Below the pieces are notes generated by a model. The model did not search any database and was not told the origin of the DNA. It saw nothing but the letters and a program-made list of their open reading frames with translations. From a virus (taxonomy: Duplodnaviria; Caudoviricetes), in IMG/VR virus record IMGVR_UViG_3300013121_000039, positions 32,001 through 96,000 of that record: DNA of 64,000 nucleotides; one strand, given 5' to 3'. Numbering within the stretch: position 1 is the stretch's first letter; each line of letters begins with the position of its first letter. Below, one piece after another: positions 1 through 9,736 of the stretch. The position numbers and the translations under genes were made by a program.

Positions 1-199
1 CGGAGGGGACGTGGCCGTGCTCCTTCTTCTCGAACTTGAGGAGCTTCTTCACCTTGTCGCCCTTCTCGCCCTTGTCGTCGTCGCACTTCTCGGCGGCGAC
101 CTTCATCTTCTGGCGCGTCTCGTCGAGCACGTTGGAGATGAGAGCGGAGAGGTGGGTCTGCGAGCCGGCGAGCTTGGTCTTCAGCATCATCGTCTCCAT
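1..199 (-). CDS. Putative head-associated protein, truncated at the window edge
   Basis: ATG at 199 abuts the stop of the upstream gene; reads METMMLKTKLAGSQTHLSALISNVLDETRQKMKVAAEK..., open to position 1; carries K-x-A motifs. Confidence 0.7.
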   Translation of the reverse strand, partial: METMMLKTKLAGSQTHLSALISNVLDETRQKMKVAAEKCDDDKGEKGDKVKKLLKFEKKEHGHVPS

Positions 200-571
200 C
201 TAGATATCCCCCGCCGAGGTGGCGAGGGGCGGTGGAAGGCTGTCCGGCACCGGCCGGCTGTTGAGGAACGGCTTCGAGGGATCCCTGCGCTTGTTGGCTG
301 CGATCTTCTTCATCTCGTCAGAGAACCCCTTCAGGAAGGCCAAGCTGCTCGTCTTGGACTTGCTGCTGGGGTCCGCCGTCTGCGTGTACTCCGACTGCGA
401 CTTCCGGTACTTCCTCTTCGCCTTCTGCTTCCCTTCCGCCGTCCCGTAGCCTCCGGGGGTGTGTCCTGTTGCGTGCGACTGCTGCGTGGCGATTGCGAAG
501 GCCTGGCTCTTCGGCATCGCCGGGTTCTTCGAGAGGATGTGCTCTGCCCTGTTGTGGATCCAGGCTGGCAT
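200..571 (-). CDS. Small basic putative internal virion protein
   Basis: GAGGAG RBS before ATG 571 (MPAWIHNRA); contains GFSDEMKKIAA motif. Confidence 0.7.
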   Translation of the reverse strand: MPAWIHNRAEHILSKNPAMPKSQAFAIATQQSHATGHTPGGYGTAEGKQKAKRKYRKSQSEYTQTADPSSKSKTSSLAFLKGFSDEMKKIAANKRRDPSKPFLNSRPVPDSLPPPLATSAGDI

Positions 572-589
572 GAGCTCCTCGAACAACAT

Positions 590-625
590 CCCAGGGGCGG
601 CGTCTCGTACCCGCCGCCCCTGGGA
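590..625 (-). terminator. GC-rich intergenic hairpin, possible terminator or processing site
   Basis: cccaggggcggcg / cgccgcccctggg inverted repeat between two minus-strand genes. Confidence 0.45.
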
Positions 626-634
626 AGGGGTGTG

Positions 635-1393
635 CTACTCCTCGGCCTCCTCGGCCTGCTGCTGGACGTAGCCGGCCTCGGTCAGCATCTCGATGGCGCG
701 CTGCTCGACGCGCTCGGCCAGGACCTCCTCCGGCGCGGCGGCCTTCTTCTCCTCGCCGACCTCGATGCCGTTCTCCGCGAGGATCTCGTGGGCCCGGCGG
801 AGGGCGAGCTGGTCGAGGGCGGAGGGCTGCTCCGTCTCGGCCGACGCCTTCTTCTTCTTCATCTTCTTGTAGGCCAGGGCGCCGCCACCGGCCACGGCCG
901 CGCCCGCGGCGCCGCCGATGTACTTCTTCTTGTGGGCCTTGAGGTGGGCGCCGACCTTGCCGCCGACCTCCTTGGCCTTCGCCTTGAAGGCCTCGGCGCG
1001 GGGGCCGGCGGTCTTCTCCTCGCCCTCGGCGGCGGCGATCTTGCGGAGCTCCTGCGTGTAGGCGTGCGCCATCACGCGGCCGAGGTAGTCGGCCTCGGCG
1101 AGCTTCTCCTGGGCCTCGGCGACCTTGGCCTCCTCGCCCTCCTCGGGCTCCTTGACCTCGGCCTCCTCGTCGTCCTCCTCGCCGGAGGCCTCCTGCTCCT
1201 CCTCCTCGCCCTCCTCGCCGGCGAGCGCGGCGGCGGCGAGCGCCTCGACCTGCTCGTCGGTGATCTCGGCGGGGTCGACCTCGCCCTCGGCGGCGAGCTT
1301 CTCGGCGAGCTCGGCCGCGGCCAGCTTCTCGGTGTCCTCGCCGTCCGAGACGTCCGTCCCGTAGAGAGCGGCGAGCTGGGGATCCATCGGCAT
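635..1393 (-). CDS. Acidic helical protein, putative head scaffold or internal protein
   Basis: AGGAG RBS; E/A-rich; directly downstream of the protease; many KLAA/KVAE/KTAG motifs and YTQELRKIAAA. Confidence 0.65.
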   Translation of the reverse strand: MPMDPQLAALYGTDVSDGEDTEKLAAAELAEKLAAEGEVDPAEITDEQVEALAAAALAGEEGEEEEQEASGEEDDEEAEVKEPEEGEEAKVAEAQEKLAEADYLGRVMAHAYTQELRKIAAAEGEEKTAGPRAEAFKAKAKEVGGKVGAHLKAHKKKYIGGAAGAAVAGGGALAYKKMKKKKASAETEQPSALDQLALRRAHEILAENGIEVGEEKKAAAPEEVLAERVEQRAIEMLTEAGYVQQQAEEAEE

Positions 1394-1456
1394 GTCTTCT
1401 TCTCCTGTGTGCAAGTGCTGCGGGTGGGTGTGTGGCCGTCTCCGAGACGTGAGTCT

Positions 1457-3178
1457 CTAGGCCGCGTGTGGGGAGTCCGTCAGGAAGTCCCTGGAATCGA
1501 GAACGGCCGCACCAGCGACCGCATCACTGCGCAGGAGGTCACGGTCCTTGAAGTGAGCGCCCAAGAAGTACGTCATCGAGTTGGGGGAGAGTACCTCGGC
1601 GCTGGACGTCTTGAGGAACATGGTGCCGAGTCCGTCTCCGAGAAGCTCTGCCCTCAACTTCGGGTCACTGTGGACTGCCGCGACGACTTGCGACAGCTTC
1701 TTCAAGACACCGCGCCGGTACCCGTTGTACGCGGCACTGACCTTGTCCAGCAAAGGATGCTCGACGGGGTCACGGGTGGGAAGGGCATTTTTCGCCGAAC
1801 CGCCTGAGATGAGGACCCGGATTTGGAAGGGCGACCCGATGGCCGATCGCTCTCTCACGTACTTCTTCAGAGTGGCGAAGACGGCGTCGAGAGGATCGAG
1901 GCGGGAGGGGAGACCGCCGAAGTCGAACCCCGGCACCTGGCGGAAGACCTTGTGGTCCCGGTCCAGCGTGTCGAGAAGGTCGTCCTCGCCCATCCGGCGC
2001 AGCGTGAGGTGCTGAAACTCCTGCGGCTTGAGGACGATCCCGAGGCGGGTCAGAGCCCCCAGGATGGCGGGGAGCGGGTGCCCGGACAGCTCTTCGAGAT
2101 CGGCCTTCCGGAAGTCCGGCTCGGCCTGCTCCAGCGTCCGCATCGAAGAGGAGAAAGCCGGAACCTTCTTGAGGATCTCGGCCACCTTCTTGGACGCCTG
2201 CTTCACGCCGAAGGCGGAGGCGAGCTTCTCCTCTTCGCACGCATCCTTGGAGGCGCACTCGGAGCACAACCTCCCACATGGCCCACGCCGCTCGTCTCCG
2301 CAGGACGCAGCCTTGACGGTGTGCGCCCCACCCTGGTGTTCAGGATTGAGCTCGGCCAGGGCCGGGGGAGGGCTGGACGACACCGCTTCCGCTGCACTGG
2401 GCAGGGCGCACACCGAACCGAGACACACCTGCCGGCCCTTCGCGGCCAGCTTCGCCATCACCTTGGCCGTCTTGTCGGCACCGATGAAGACGAAGCTGAT
2501 GTCGAAGAAGCGCGGGAGGGTGTTGACGACGTAGATCTTCCTGCCGTCCGGCAGGATCTTGTTGGGGCCGAAGATGCCGCGGAACTCCTCGGTCGGCCTC
2601 ATGTGCTTGCAGTAGTCGTCGCGCGTCTTCGACTTGTGCCCGCAGATGGAGCAGACGTCGAAGGGGACCCGGCAGCCCATGCTGACGTCCGGGAACTCGC
2701 CCTTCTCGATCCGAGTGATGATCCCTTCGGCGCCGCGCTCCTTGGCCTGGGCGCGGTCGAGCCGGATGATGAGCTCGACCCGCTTCATCCCGTGGTTCAG
2801 GACCGAGAGCACCGGCACCCCGAAGGCGCGGGCTGGGTCCTTGTTCACGTGGTGCTGGAAGGCGTGAGCGTTGAGGAAGGTGAGGTAGCCGTAGTCCTTC
2901 CCCGCGTGGGCCAGAGCCTCCCAGGGGAAGTAGTCGGCGTTGATGTTGGGGCCGAAGTACTCGCCGGCGCCCAGGGCGTTCACCAGGACGTAGAGGTAGT
3001 TCTTCCGGTCCTCGGCGGTGAGCTTCTTGATGTAGCGGCGAAGGGCCTCTCCAGTCTCCCAGTCCGAAAAGGGAGCCGCGCCGGCTGTCTTCTCGAAAGC
3101 TCCGGAGCTTCCGAAAAGGGCCTGCGCGTTGGTGCCGGCGTCTGATGCGCCGAGGAAGAGGACCTGCTTGTCCATCAC
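1457..3178 (-). CDS. Prohead (capsid maturation) protease
   Basis: HH-x-N segment followed by DVSMGC-x5-CSICG-x7-YCKH and FFDISFV, as in HK97/assemblin-fold phage proteases; head-module context. Confidence 0.7.
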   Translation of the reverse strand: MMDKQVLFLGASDAGTNAQALFGSSGAFEKTAGAAPFSDWETGEALRRYIKKLTAEDRKNYLYVLVNALGAGEYFGPNINADYFPWEALAHAGKDYGYLTFLNAHAFQHHVNKDPARAFGVPVLSVLNHGMKRVELIIRLDRAQAKERGAEGIITRIEKGEFPDVSMGCRVPFDVCSICGHKSKTRDDYCKHMRPTEEFRGIFGPNKILPDGRKIYVVNTLPRFFDISFVFIGADKTAKVMAKLAAKGRQVCLGSVCALPSAAEAVSSSPPPALAELNPEHQGGAHTVKAASCGDERRGPCGRLCSECASKDACEEEKLASAFGVKQASKKVAEILKKVPAFSSSMRTLEQAEPDFRKADLEELSGHPLPAILGALTRLGIVLKPQEFQHLTLRRMGEDDLLDTLDRDHKVFRQVPGFDFGGLPSRLDPLDAVFATLKKYVRERSAIGSPFQIRVLISGGSAKNALPTRDPVEHPLLDKVSAAYNGYRRGVLKKLSQVVAAVHSDPKLRAELLGDGLGTMFLKTSSAEVLSPNSMTYFLGAHFKDRDLLRSDAVAGAAVLDSRDFLTDSPHAA

Positions 3179-3783
3179 GACCTGGAGGACCCACCCGTCT
3201 TCGGCCTCTCGTCCTTGCTGCCCTGGACGGTGACCTTGGCGCCGCCGGAGAAGGGCGCATAGTAGGACTTCGCCTTCTCCGTCTGGGCCTTCACCATGCT
3301 CTCCATGAGCTTGTGGGCGCTGCCCTCCATCTCACCGGAGTGGACCACGTTGTAGACCATGGCCCCGGCGGCCATGGGGTCCGAGGCGACGTCCGGCGCA
3401 TGGCGCTGGAGCATGTGGAAGGCGCTCCGCACCCGCTCCTGGGGATGGTCCTTGAGGGCCGGGTTCGCCTCGATCATCCGCTTCCAGTTGCGGCCGCTGG
3501 TGAGGCCGCGCCGGCTGGCGTTGTAGAGATCCGTCGCGATGGCGGTTCCGAGACCGAGGACGACCGTGCCGGCGATGCCCTTGCCGACATCCGCGAAGAA
3601 GCCCCCCACCGAGGCCTCCTTGGACTTGCCGAGAGCGTAGGCGGTGATCTCCCGCATCTCGGCCGCCACTTCCTGGGCCGAGACGGGGTCCAGCGACTCC
3701 AGCTCCTGGAGCATGGTCGCCGTCTTCTGCATGAGGTCCGGCTTGGCCGCGTGGGCGGCCTTGATGATGTCGGTCTGGGTCAT
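3175..3783 (-). CDS. Hypothetical head-module protein
   Basis: 202-aa ORF overlapping both neighbours; QKTA and SKEAS motifs; one hydrophobic Gly-rich helix. Confidence 0.7.
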   Translation of the reverse strand: MTQTDIIKAAHAAKPDLMQKTATMLQELESLDPVSAQEVAAEMREITAYALGKSKEASVGGFFADVGKGIAGTVVLGLGTAIATDLYNASRRGLTSGRNWKRMIEANPALKDHPQERVRSAFHMLQRHAPDVASDPMAAGAMVYNVVHSGEMEGSAHKLMESMVKAQTEKAKSYYAPFSGGAKVTVQGSKDERPKTGGSSRS

Positions 3784-4034
3784 CGCGAGTCCGTCATGCC
3801 GAGCTGCTGACGCAGCACGCCCGGGCGCATGTTGTTGTAGGTCTTGCGGCCCGCCCCCACCGCAGCAGCGCCACCGAGGACCGCCGTGGTCGCCTTGACG
3901 GGATGGGCCAGGCCCCAGGCCACACCCTTCCCCGCCATCCGGCCGGCTGCGTTGAGCAGACCGGCCTCCTTCGCCAGGACCAGCCGCCGGAGCGCCTGTG
4001 ACGTCTGGGCGTGCTTGCGCAGCTCAGCCAGCAA
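3780..4034 (-). CDS. Small basic Gly-rich putative internal protein
   Basis: 84 aa, coupled to neighbours; MLAELRKHAQ and AKEAG motifs. Confidence 0.6.
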   Translation of the reverse strand: MLAELRKHAQTSQALRRLVLAKEAGLLNAAGRMAGKGVAWGLAHPVKATTAVLGGAAAVGAGRKTYNNMRPGVLRQQLGMTDSR

Positions 4035-4959
4035 GGAACTCCTCCCGGATGGCCTGCTTCACCCTGTCGAGCTGCATGTCGACGTCCTCCAGGGCGGAGG
4101 CCACCTTCTCCGTCTCGTCGAGGAGGTTGTGGAGCGCCGAGAAGCCGGCGACGAAGGGGTGGGTCGGATCGACGACGCGGTGGGCCACCTTGGAGAGGCC
4201 GCGGCTCTGGAGGGTGATCTCGTCCACCGAGGCCACCTTCTCGTCGATCAGGCGCTTGATGAAGGGGCCGAGGATGGAGGCGATCTTCTGGGACGGCAGC
4301 CCCGTCTCGTTGGCACCCCGCAGGACGTCGACGAAGCTGCCGCCGTCCATGAGGTGCCTCTTCATCGAGTCGTAGTAGTCGGCCTCGGCCGTCTTGAGCA
4401 GGATCTCGAACCTCTCCCCGGAGGAGGCCAGGTTGTCCCGGAGGTCGATGAGATCGTGCTTGGCGTTGACGATCACCTCGGCGGCGGACTCCGGGGTGAA
4501 GTCCACCGCGGCGGTCTTCGCCTGGCTGCCGGTACCGAGGAAGAGCTCCTCCAGAGCCCGCTCCCTCTCCGGGGTGGAGATCGAGGAGCGGCTCGGAGAC
4601 GCGAGGTAGGTCACGTCGGCCACCTGGCCCTCCTGGGACTGGGCGTTCGAGAGCTTCTTGAGGACAGCCTGCGGGTCGGCCAGTACGAACTGGGGGTAGC
4701 TGTGCTCCGAGCCGGCGGTCTTGTTCTTGTCGTGGAAGGAGAGGTAGGCCGCCGTGTTGGCGAACTCGACCACCCGGCGGACCTGCTCCGCGTTCATGTC
4801 GGGGTGCTGGGAGGCGATCTTCACCACTCCGTCGGTCAGGGGGACGTTCTTCTCGATGAGCAGGGAGGCGGCTTCCTTGCCCATGAGCTCCAGCTTCTCG
4901 GGGGTGAGGGCAAAGCCTCCGGTCCCGGAGAGCAGGTACTTGGAGAGATCATCGGCCAT
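4024..4959 (-). CDS. Hypothetical head-module protein
   Basis: 311 aa; KEAA, KIAS, KTAG, KTAA and KVAS motifs. Confidence 0.75.
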   Translation of the reverse strand: MADDLSKYLLSGTGGFALTPEKLELMGKEAASLLIEKNVPLTDGVVKIASQHPDMNAEQVRRVVEFANTAAYLSFHDKNKTAGSEHSYPQFVLADPQAVLKKLSNAQSQEGQVADVTYLASPSRSSISTPERERALEELFLGTGSQAKTAAVDFTPESAAEVIVNAKHDLIDLRDNLASSGERFEILLKTAEADYYDSMKRHLMDGGSFVDVLRGANETGLPSQKIASILGPFIKRLIDEKVASVDEITLQSRGLSKVAHRVVDPTHPFVAGFSALHNLLDETEKVASALEDVDMQLDRVKQAIREEFLAG

Positions 4960-5019
4960 GGGTGGTAGACTCCAATCACCAGTCTTGAGCTGGGCCTAGC
5001 GTAGAAGGGAGAGGGCGAG

Positions 5020-5715
5020 GTGGGAAGCGATTTTCGAGACCTGGTGACAATGGAAGAAGCGGCCAAGATGCTGGGTCGCACGGTCCGCTCTGTCCGCTCA
5101 TACATGAAGACCGGCCTGCTGCGCAGGATCGTGGACAGCAAGAAGGTCTTCATCCCGAGGACCGACGTGGAGCAGCTCCAGGTCGAACTCGGAGCCGGCT
5201 TCCCGCCGATGAACCGCAAGACCTTCAACCAGCTGGTGGCCCACGTCCAGCGGCTGGAGATGGACCTCGTCGTCCTGAAAAGGATGAACGGCGTCTACGA
5301 CTCCCCACTTCGCCCGACGAAGGAGGAAACATCCAACCTCTTCCAGGCCTGCGTCGCAGCCCTCTCTGCGGGCTCCTGGACCCTCTCGGAGATCTCGCAG
5401 TGGGCCGACCTCTTCGAGAAGATGGATGACGTCTTCTTCGAGGTGCTAGCCGACAACATCGGCGTCTCCGACCCGTGGAGGCCCTTCTACCAGATCTGCG
5501 TGGCGCAGATGAAGCAGCTCTCCTCCATGGAAGGGTACAAGTCCTCTCTCGAACTGCAACATCTTCACAGCCGTCTCTCCATCGGCCTCTCCACGATGCG
5601 GCGTGTGATCATGGTCTGGATCGAGGCGGGGCGTAGCGAGAAGGCGCACGCAGTGGCGACGCTCATGGATGGGATCTCAGAAGCAGTGCTGCGTCGACTC
5701 ACAGCAAAAGCGTAG
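5020..5715 (+). CDS. HTH DNA-binding protein (excisionase/MerR-like N-terminus)
   Basis: LVTMEEAAKMLGRTVRSVRSYMKTGLL...IPRTDVE pattern. Confidence 0.75.
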   Translation: MGSDFRDLVTMEEAAKMLGRTVRSVRSYMKTGLLRRIVDSKKVFIPRTDVEQLQVELGAGFPPMNRKTFNQLVAHVQRLEMDLVVLKRMNGVYDSPLRPTKEETSNLFQACVAALSAGSWTLSEISQWADLFEKMDDVFFEVLADNIGVSDPWRPFYQICVAQMKQLSSMEGYKSSLELQHLHSRLSIGLSTMRRVIMVWIEAGRSEKAHAVATLMDGISEAVLRRLTAKA

Positions 5716-5735
5716 AGCCTCCGGAGATAAGAAGG
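5704..5735 (+). promoter_or_regulatory. Putative phage-RNAP promoter GCAAA-N18-ATAAG
   Basis: Same spacing as the copies at 23721, 31323, 36935 and 50737. Confidence 0.5.
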
Positions 5736-5774
5736 TGACGGGTAGTTCTTCACCTTTTTCGGAGGCAACACATC

Positions 5775-6092
5775 ATGCAGCCTGACCAGTCCACCGGCGC
5801 TCCGTCCAGCGCCAAGACCTTCAACATCACCTGCAACGCCGAGGAGCTCGTCGGCATCGCCAAGGGCGCCGCCATCGCGGGCGACGTCAAGACCGTGAGC
5901 CGCGCCGAGGAGCTGCTCGGCCAGAAGGTGGAGGTCGGCTTCTTCGACCGCCACCCCATGACCACTGGCGTGGCCATCGGCGTCGTCGCCGGCGCGGCCG
6001 TCGCCGGCGGCACCATCCTCGGCGTGCAGGCCTACAAGCGGCGCCAGGCCGCCAAGCTCCAGGCTCCCAGCCGGCTGCGCCGGGTGGGCTAG
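5775..6092 (+). CDS. Small membrane protein
   Basis: GGAGG RBS; one C-proximal hydrophobic helix followed by a basic tail. Confidence 0.75.
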   Translation: MQPDQSTGAPSSAKTFNITCNAEELVGIAKGAAIAGDVKTVSRAEELLGQKVEVGFFDRHPMTTGVAIGVVAGAAVAGGTILGVQAYKRRQAAKLQAPSRLRRVG

Positions 6093-6187
6093 TAGGATTG
6101 GGCACTCGGCGTAGTAGACCTGCGAGGACGCTCGCCACGACGTGGACAGACAACCCACGCCGTCCCAGAAGCCGAGTGGCGCGAGGG

Positions 6188-6237
6188 AGCGCGCGGAGTC
6201 GGGACTCACCCCCCGACTCCGCCCCGCTTTCTTAGCC
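6188..6237 (+). terminator. Hairpin + TTAGC terminator
   Basis: gcggagtcggg / cccgactccgc stem then TTTCTTAGC at a convergent junction. Confidence 0.55.
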
Positions 6238-8031
6238 ATCTTCCGGCGCAGCGTACCCGGTCTTCTGGGTCGGGTTCATCACGTCGTAGCGCGGGTGCCT
6301 GATCATGGAGGCCAGGAAGCAGAGCAGGATGGAGTGGTAGGAGTCGTCCGTGGCATCAGGCGCATGCTTGTACTGCACCTGCCTCTGGACCTCGTTGTAC
6401 TCCGAGAAGATGGAGAGCATGTCCTTCGCGAAAGGGTCCTCGAACTGGGGCCAGTTCGGGAAGCGGAGCACGTCCCGGCGCTTGATGGCGTTGAAGATGT
6501 CGCTCATCACCTCGGTGCGGTGAACGAGGAAGCGCTGGAGCCCCTCCTCCCACTTCACCTTCTGGCCAGGCTGGCTGTACTGGTACTTCACGAGGCGCTG
6601 CTTGCCGAAGATGCGGGCCAGGGCGTCGTTGCGGTCGAAGCCGCCGCCGTAGTCACAGCCCACCAGCTTGACGTCCCAGTACCGGATGAGCTTCTCGATG
6701 AGGTCCAGCTGGATGGGGGGCTCGATCTCCTGCCCCTCGAACCGGTGGATGTAGAAGATGGTGAAGAAGCCGTGCATGTAGGCGCCGAGGGAGAGGACGG
6801 TGTAGCTGCCCTCGCCGGTGCCCCAGTCGATGCCGGCGTAGACGGGGGAGCTGCCGCCCAGGAACCCCTTCAGCTTCACCAGGCTCTCGGAGTCCATCGA
6901 CAGGCTGTCGAGGCAGTTGTCCATCACGTCCTGGCGCGTGAGGGGTCGGGTGCCGGAGTCGTACGAGAGGCCGAGCACCTCGTTGTAGAACTGGCTCCGC
7001 GGGTACTTGATGTACTTGTCGAAGATCTCGCCCCAGTTCAGCCAGGGCACCATGAGCTGCGGGATCCGGTAGCCCTCGTACCAGTCCTTCAGCTTGTCCT
7101 TCACCCCGGGATTCATGGTGACCCACTGGGCCATGGGGTGCCGAGGGTCGATCCGCTCGCCGCACTTGTCGCAGACGAGGCCCTCCTTCGAGATGTGGGC
7201 CTCCCCCAGGATGTTCCAGTGCCAGCTGCTGGGGTTGTTCGGAGTGCCGTGCCGATCGCAGGGGACCGCCCACTCGTTCTGGGTCGAGTAGTTGGTCCAG
7301 TAGTGCTCGATGGCGTTGTCGTAGCTCTTCGGCGTGCCGGAGTAGATGAAGAGCTTGTAGTGGGAGTGTGAGGCGCACTCCTCGATGACGGGGATGTTGT
7401 CGGTGATGATGTCCTGGATCTCGTCGAGGAGGACGAGGTCCGCAGGGATGCCGCGAGTACGATCGGCGTTGTGGTAGGCGTACCGCAGCGTGATCTGGCT
7501 GCGGTTGATGAACTTCTTGAGGAAGACGTTGTCCGAGAGCTTCGAGGTCGTCCAGGCCTTCAGGATCTCCGACGTCTCGATGGGCTCCTTGAGCCGGTCG
7601 GCGGAGAAGGTCTTCGTCTGCTGGTTGGTCGGGGAGACGTAGAGGACGTTGAAGGCGTTGATGATGCAGCAGTAGGCCAGCGTCTTGTTGCCGAGGAGCG
7701 TCGACTTCTCCACCTGCCGGCCACACTTGTAGAGGGTGCGGCGGGAGGGGGTATCGTAGGGGAGGCGGAGGTACTCACGCTTCTTGAAGCTGAAGTTGAT
7801 GTGCTTCTGAAGCTCCTTGTCCGGGAGCTTCACGGCGAACTCGACGAACTGGGAGGGGGAGACGTTGATGAGCTCGGCCTGCTTGCGGGCCAGCTCGTCG
7901 TCGCTCATGAACTCGTCGGTGATCTCCGGCTCGTAGTCCCACTCCTCCCGCAGCTCGGGCTGCCCGCTCTCAGAAACGATGATGTTGGAGGTCTCCCGCC
8001 TCCATCGGCCGTAGTCGAGCACACTCTGCAT
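6232..8031 (-). CDS. terL: Terminase large subunit (lambda GpA-like)
   Basis: Walker A-like KCGRQVEKST, Walker B LVLLDE, coupling motif SGTP, Zn-ribbon insert, nuclease AGIDWG and terminal DDSYH. Confidence 0.9.
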   Translation of the reverse strand: MQSVLDYGRWRRETSNIIVSESGQPELREEWDYEPEITDEFMSDDELARKQAELINVSPSQFVEFAVKLPDKELQKHINFSFKKREYLRLPYDTPSRRTLYKCGRQVEKSTLLGNKTLAYCCIINAFNVLYVSPTNQQTKTFSADRLKEPIETSEILKAWTTSKLSDNVFLKKFINRSQITLRYAYHNADRTRGIPADLVLLDEIQDIITDNIPVIEECASHSHYKLFIYSGTPKSYDNAIEHYWTNYSTQNEWAVPCDRHGTPNNPSSWHWNILGEAHISKEGLVCDKCGERIDPRHPMAQWVTMNPGVKDKLKDWYEGYRIPQLMVPWLNWGEIFDKYIKYPRSQFYNEVLGLSYDSGTRPLTRQDVMDNCLDSLSMDSESLVKLKGFLGGSSPVYAGIDWGTGEGSYTVLSLGAYMHGFFTIFYIHRFEGQEIEPPIQLDLIEKLIRYWDVKLVGCDYGGGFDRNDALARIFGKQRLVKYQYSQPGQKVKWEEGLQRFLVHRTEVMSDIFNAIKRRDVLRFPNWPQFEDPFAKDMLSIFSEYNEVQRQVQYKHAPDATDDSYHSILLCFLASMIRHPRYDVMNPTQKTGYAAPEDG

Positions 8032-8048
8032 GCGGTAGAACCCTCTCG

Positions 8049-8375
8049 ATGAGACCGCCCGGACTGGCCTGGTTGACTTCCTTCTGCGACTCCATCGGCA
8101 CCGCGATGGGGCAGACCATCGTCTCAGACGTCAAGAACAGCGTCAATCCACTCGTGTACACCACCTCGGTGTCCTGGCGCGACCCGGTGAAGATGGACTC
8201 GGCCGTTCAGGTCTGGAACCTCTTCCAGAAGTGGGCCGCCGCGAACCGCTGCACCCCCTCTGGTCGCGTGACCTTCCAGCAGTTCGAGAAGCTGGGGGCG
8301 ACCCTGGTTCTCGGGCTGTCGGTCGAGGTGCACCTGCGTGAGAGGCTTGGACATCCGCAAGATCGTCACCCCTAG
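8049..8375 (+). CDS. Hypothetical protein
   Basis: 108-aa ORF divergent from terL; codon usage typical of the window. Confidence 0.6.
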   Translation: MRPPGLAWLTSFCDSIGTAMGQTIVSDVKNSVNPLVYTTSVSWRDPVKMDSAVQVWNLFQKWAAANRCTPSGRVTFQQFEKLGATLVLGLSVEVHLRERLGHPQDRHP

Positions 8376-8390
8376 CTGCCATAAGGAAAG
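8357..8390 (+). promoter_or_regulatory. Putative phage-RNAP promoter GCAAG-N19-ATAAG
   Basis: CATAAGGAAAG upstream of ATG 8410; spacer 1 nt longer than the consensus. Confidence 0.45.
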
Positions 8391-8409
8391 CAGAAAGGGG
8401 TTTCTAGCC

Positions 8410-8607
8410 ATGAGAACGTTCAATGCAACGCCCGGGCACATCTGCAAGCTGTGCGACAAGGCCTTCGTGGAAGGGGAGCAGGTCGTCCTCATCTCCATCG
8501 GCCCATCCGACGCTGAAGAGGCTGAGAAGAAGGCGGCCGGGAAGGCCTACACCAGTGAGGCGGTCGTCTCCCATGTCGAGCACATCCGAGAATTCCTGCT
8601 CGGCTAA
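8410..8607 (+). CDS. Small putative Zn-binding protein
   Basis: 65 aa; CKLC and HVEH motifs. Confidence 0.6.
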   Translation: MRTFNATPGHICKLCDKAFVEGEQVVLISIGPSDAEEAEKKAAGKAYTSEAVVSHVEHIREFLLG

Positions 8608-9244
8608 GAACGGCCTCATCGCGGGGCTTGACGAGGTGGGCTGGGGCGCTGGGGCCGGGCCCATCGTCTCGGTGGTAGCAGTCCTCTCTGCCGCCGACCT
8701 ACTCCTCTTGCCGAAAGGGGTCACGGACTCGAAGAAGCTGTCCCCTGCCAGGCGGGAGTCGTTCTTCGAGCACATCTGCGCAGCCTGCACCGACATCGGG
8801 ATCGGGGCCGTGGATGCCTGGGAGATCGACGCCATCAGCCCCAAGCGAGCTCTCCAGACGAGCTACAAGCGCGCCATCGAAGAGCTGCGCGTCGTGCCAG
8901 AGCTCCTCATCGTGGACGGTACGGAGTGGAACAACAAGGTCCTCGCCTGGCCCAACAAGCAGCTCATCGAGCCGAAAGCCGACCTGAAACACAAGCAGGT
9001 CTCCGTCGCCAGCATCATCGCCAAGGTGGTGCGAGACACGGTGATGAGCGAGCGGGCGGCCAAGTTCCGTCGGCTGGGGCTGCCCGATTACAACTGGGCG
9101 AAGAACAAGGGCTACCTGACCCCGGACCATCTACGTGAGATCGAGCAGCACGGTCTGTTGTTCGGGCCGGCGCAGGAGCTCTACCACCACCGACGCAGCT
9201 ACTGCCGGAACCTCCTCGGGAAGGTGCCCATCCGCACCTTCTGA
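8573..9244 (+). CDS. rnhB: Ribonuclease HII
   Basis: IAGLDEVGWG, DSKKLS, LIVDG, ASIIAKV-RD and NKGY motifs; start codon uncertain. Confidence 0.92.
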   Translation: MSSTSENSCSAKNGLIAGLDEVGWGAGAGPIVSVVAVLSAADLLLLPKGVTDSKKLSPARRESFFEHICAACTDIGIGAVDAWEIDAISPKRALQTSYKRAIEELRVVPELLIVDGTEWNNKVLAWPNKQLIEPKADLKHKQVSVASIIAKVVRDTVMSERAAKFRRLGLPDYNWAKNKGYLTPDHLREIEQHGLLFGPAQELYHHRRSYCRNLLGKVPIRTF

Positions 9245-9247
9245 GGG

Positions 9248-9272
9248 GAAGAGGCTCCGCCTCTTCTTAGCT
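9248..9272 (+). terminator. Hairpin + TTAGC terminator
   Basis: gaagaggc-tcc-gcctcttc followed by TTAGCT. Confidence 0.55.
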
Positions 9273-9736
9273 CACTTCCCGCCGAGCTGGTGGTGCAGGT
9301 CGGTGACCGCCTTCACAGCGAGGTCGAACCAGAACTGCTTGCGGCCCACGCCGGCCGCCTTGGCGTACCAGGAGCCGAGGTCCCGCTGCTCCGAGATCTC
9401 GGTGAGGCCGAAGTGGTGGGTGAGGACTGCCCGCAGGACCGGGCCGAAGCCGGTCGGGAACGGGGGCCTGGGCTTGCCATCCCTGTCGGCCTGGTGGAGC
9501 CCCCAGGGCCAGAAGTGGAAGATGAGGTCCCCGTCCTTCACGCCGAACTCCCCCTCGAAGATGCCCGGGCTGCGGACCTCTTGGAAGTGGACGGGCTTGA
9601 TCGGACGGTCCCCGGCGTTCGCCTCCTGCCGGATGATCGGCAGGCTGCCGGCCTTCACCTCGTCGAGGAGCGCCTCGCGCTCGGTCGTGACGGTGAGCTT
9701 CTTCCGCTCCTTGTGGCTCTGCTCGACCCAGCTCAT
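9272..9736 (-). CDS. Hypothetical protein
   Basis: 154 aa, ATGA-coupled to the upstream gene. Confidence 0.7.
   Translation of the reverse strand: MSWVEQSHKERKKLTVTTEREALLDEVKAGSLPIIRQEANAGDRPIKPVHFQEVRSPGIFEGEFGVKDGDLIFHFWPWGLHQADRDGKPRPPFPTGFGPVLRAVLTHHFGLTEISEQRDLGSWYAKAAGVGRKQFWFDLAVKAVTDLHHQLGGK

Noticed and set aside
9267-9272. TTAGC sites as integron attC cores
   Set aside because: They lack GTT and the RYYYAAC inverse core; no integrase in the window.
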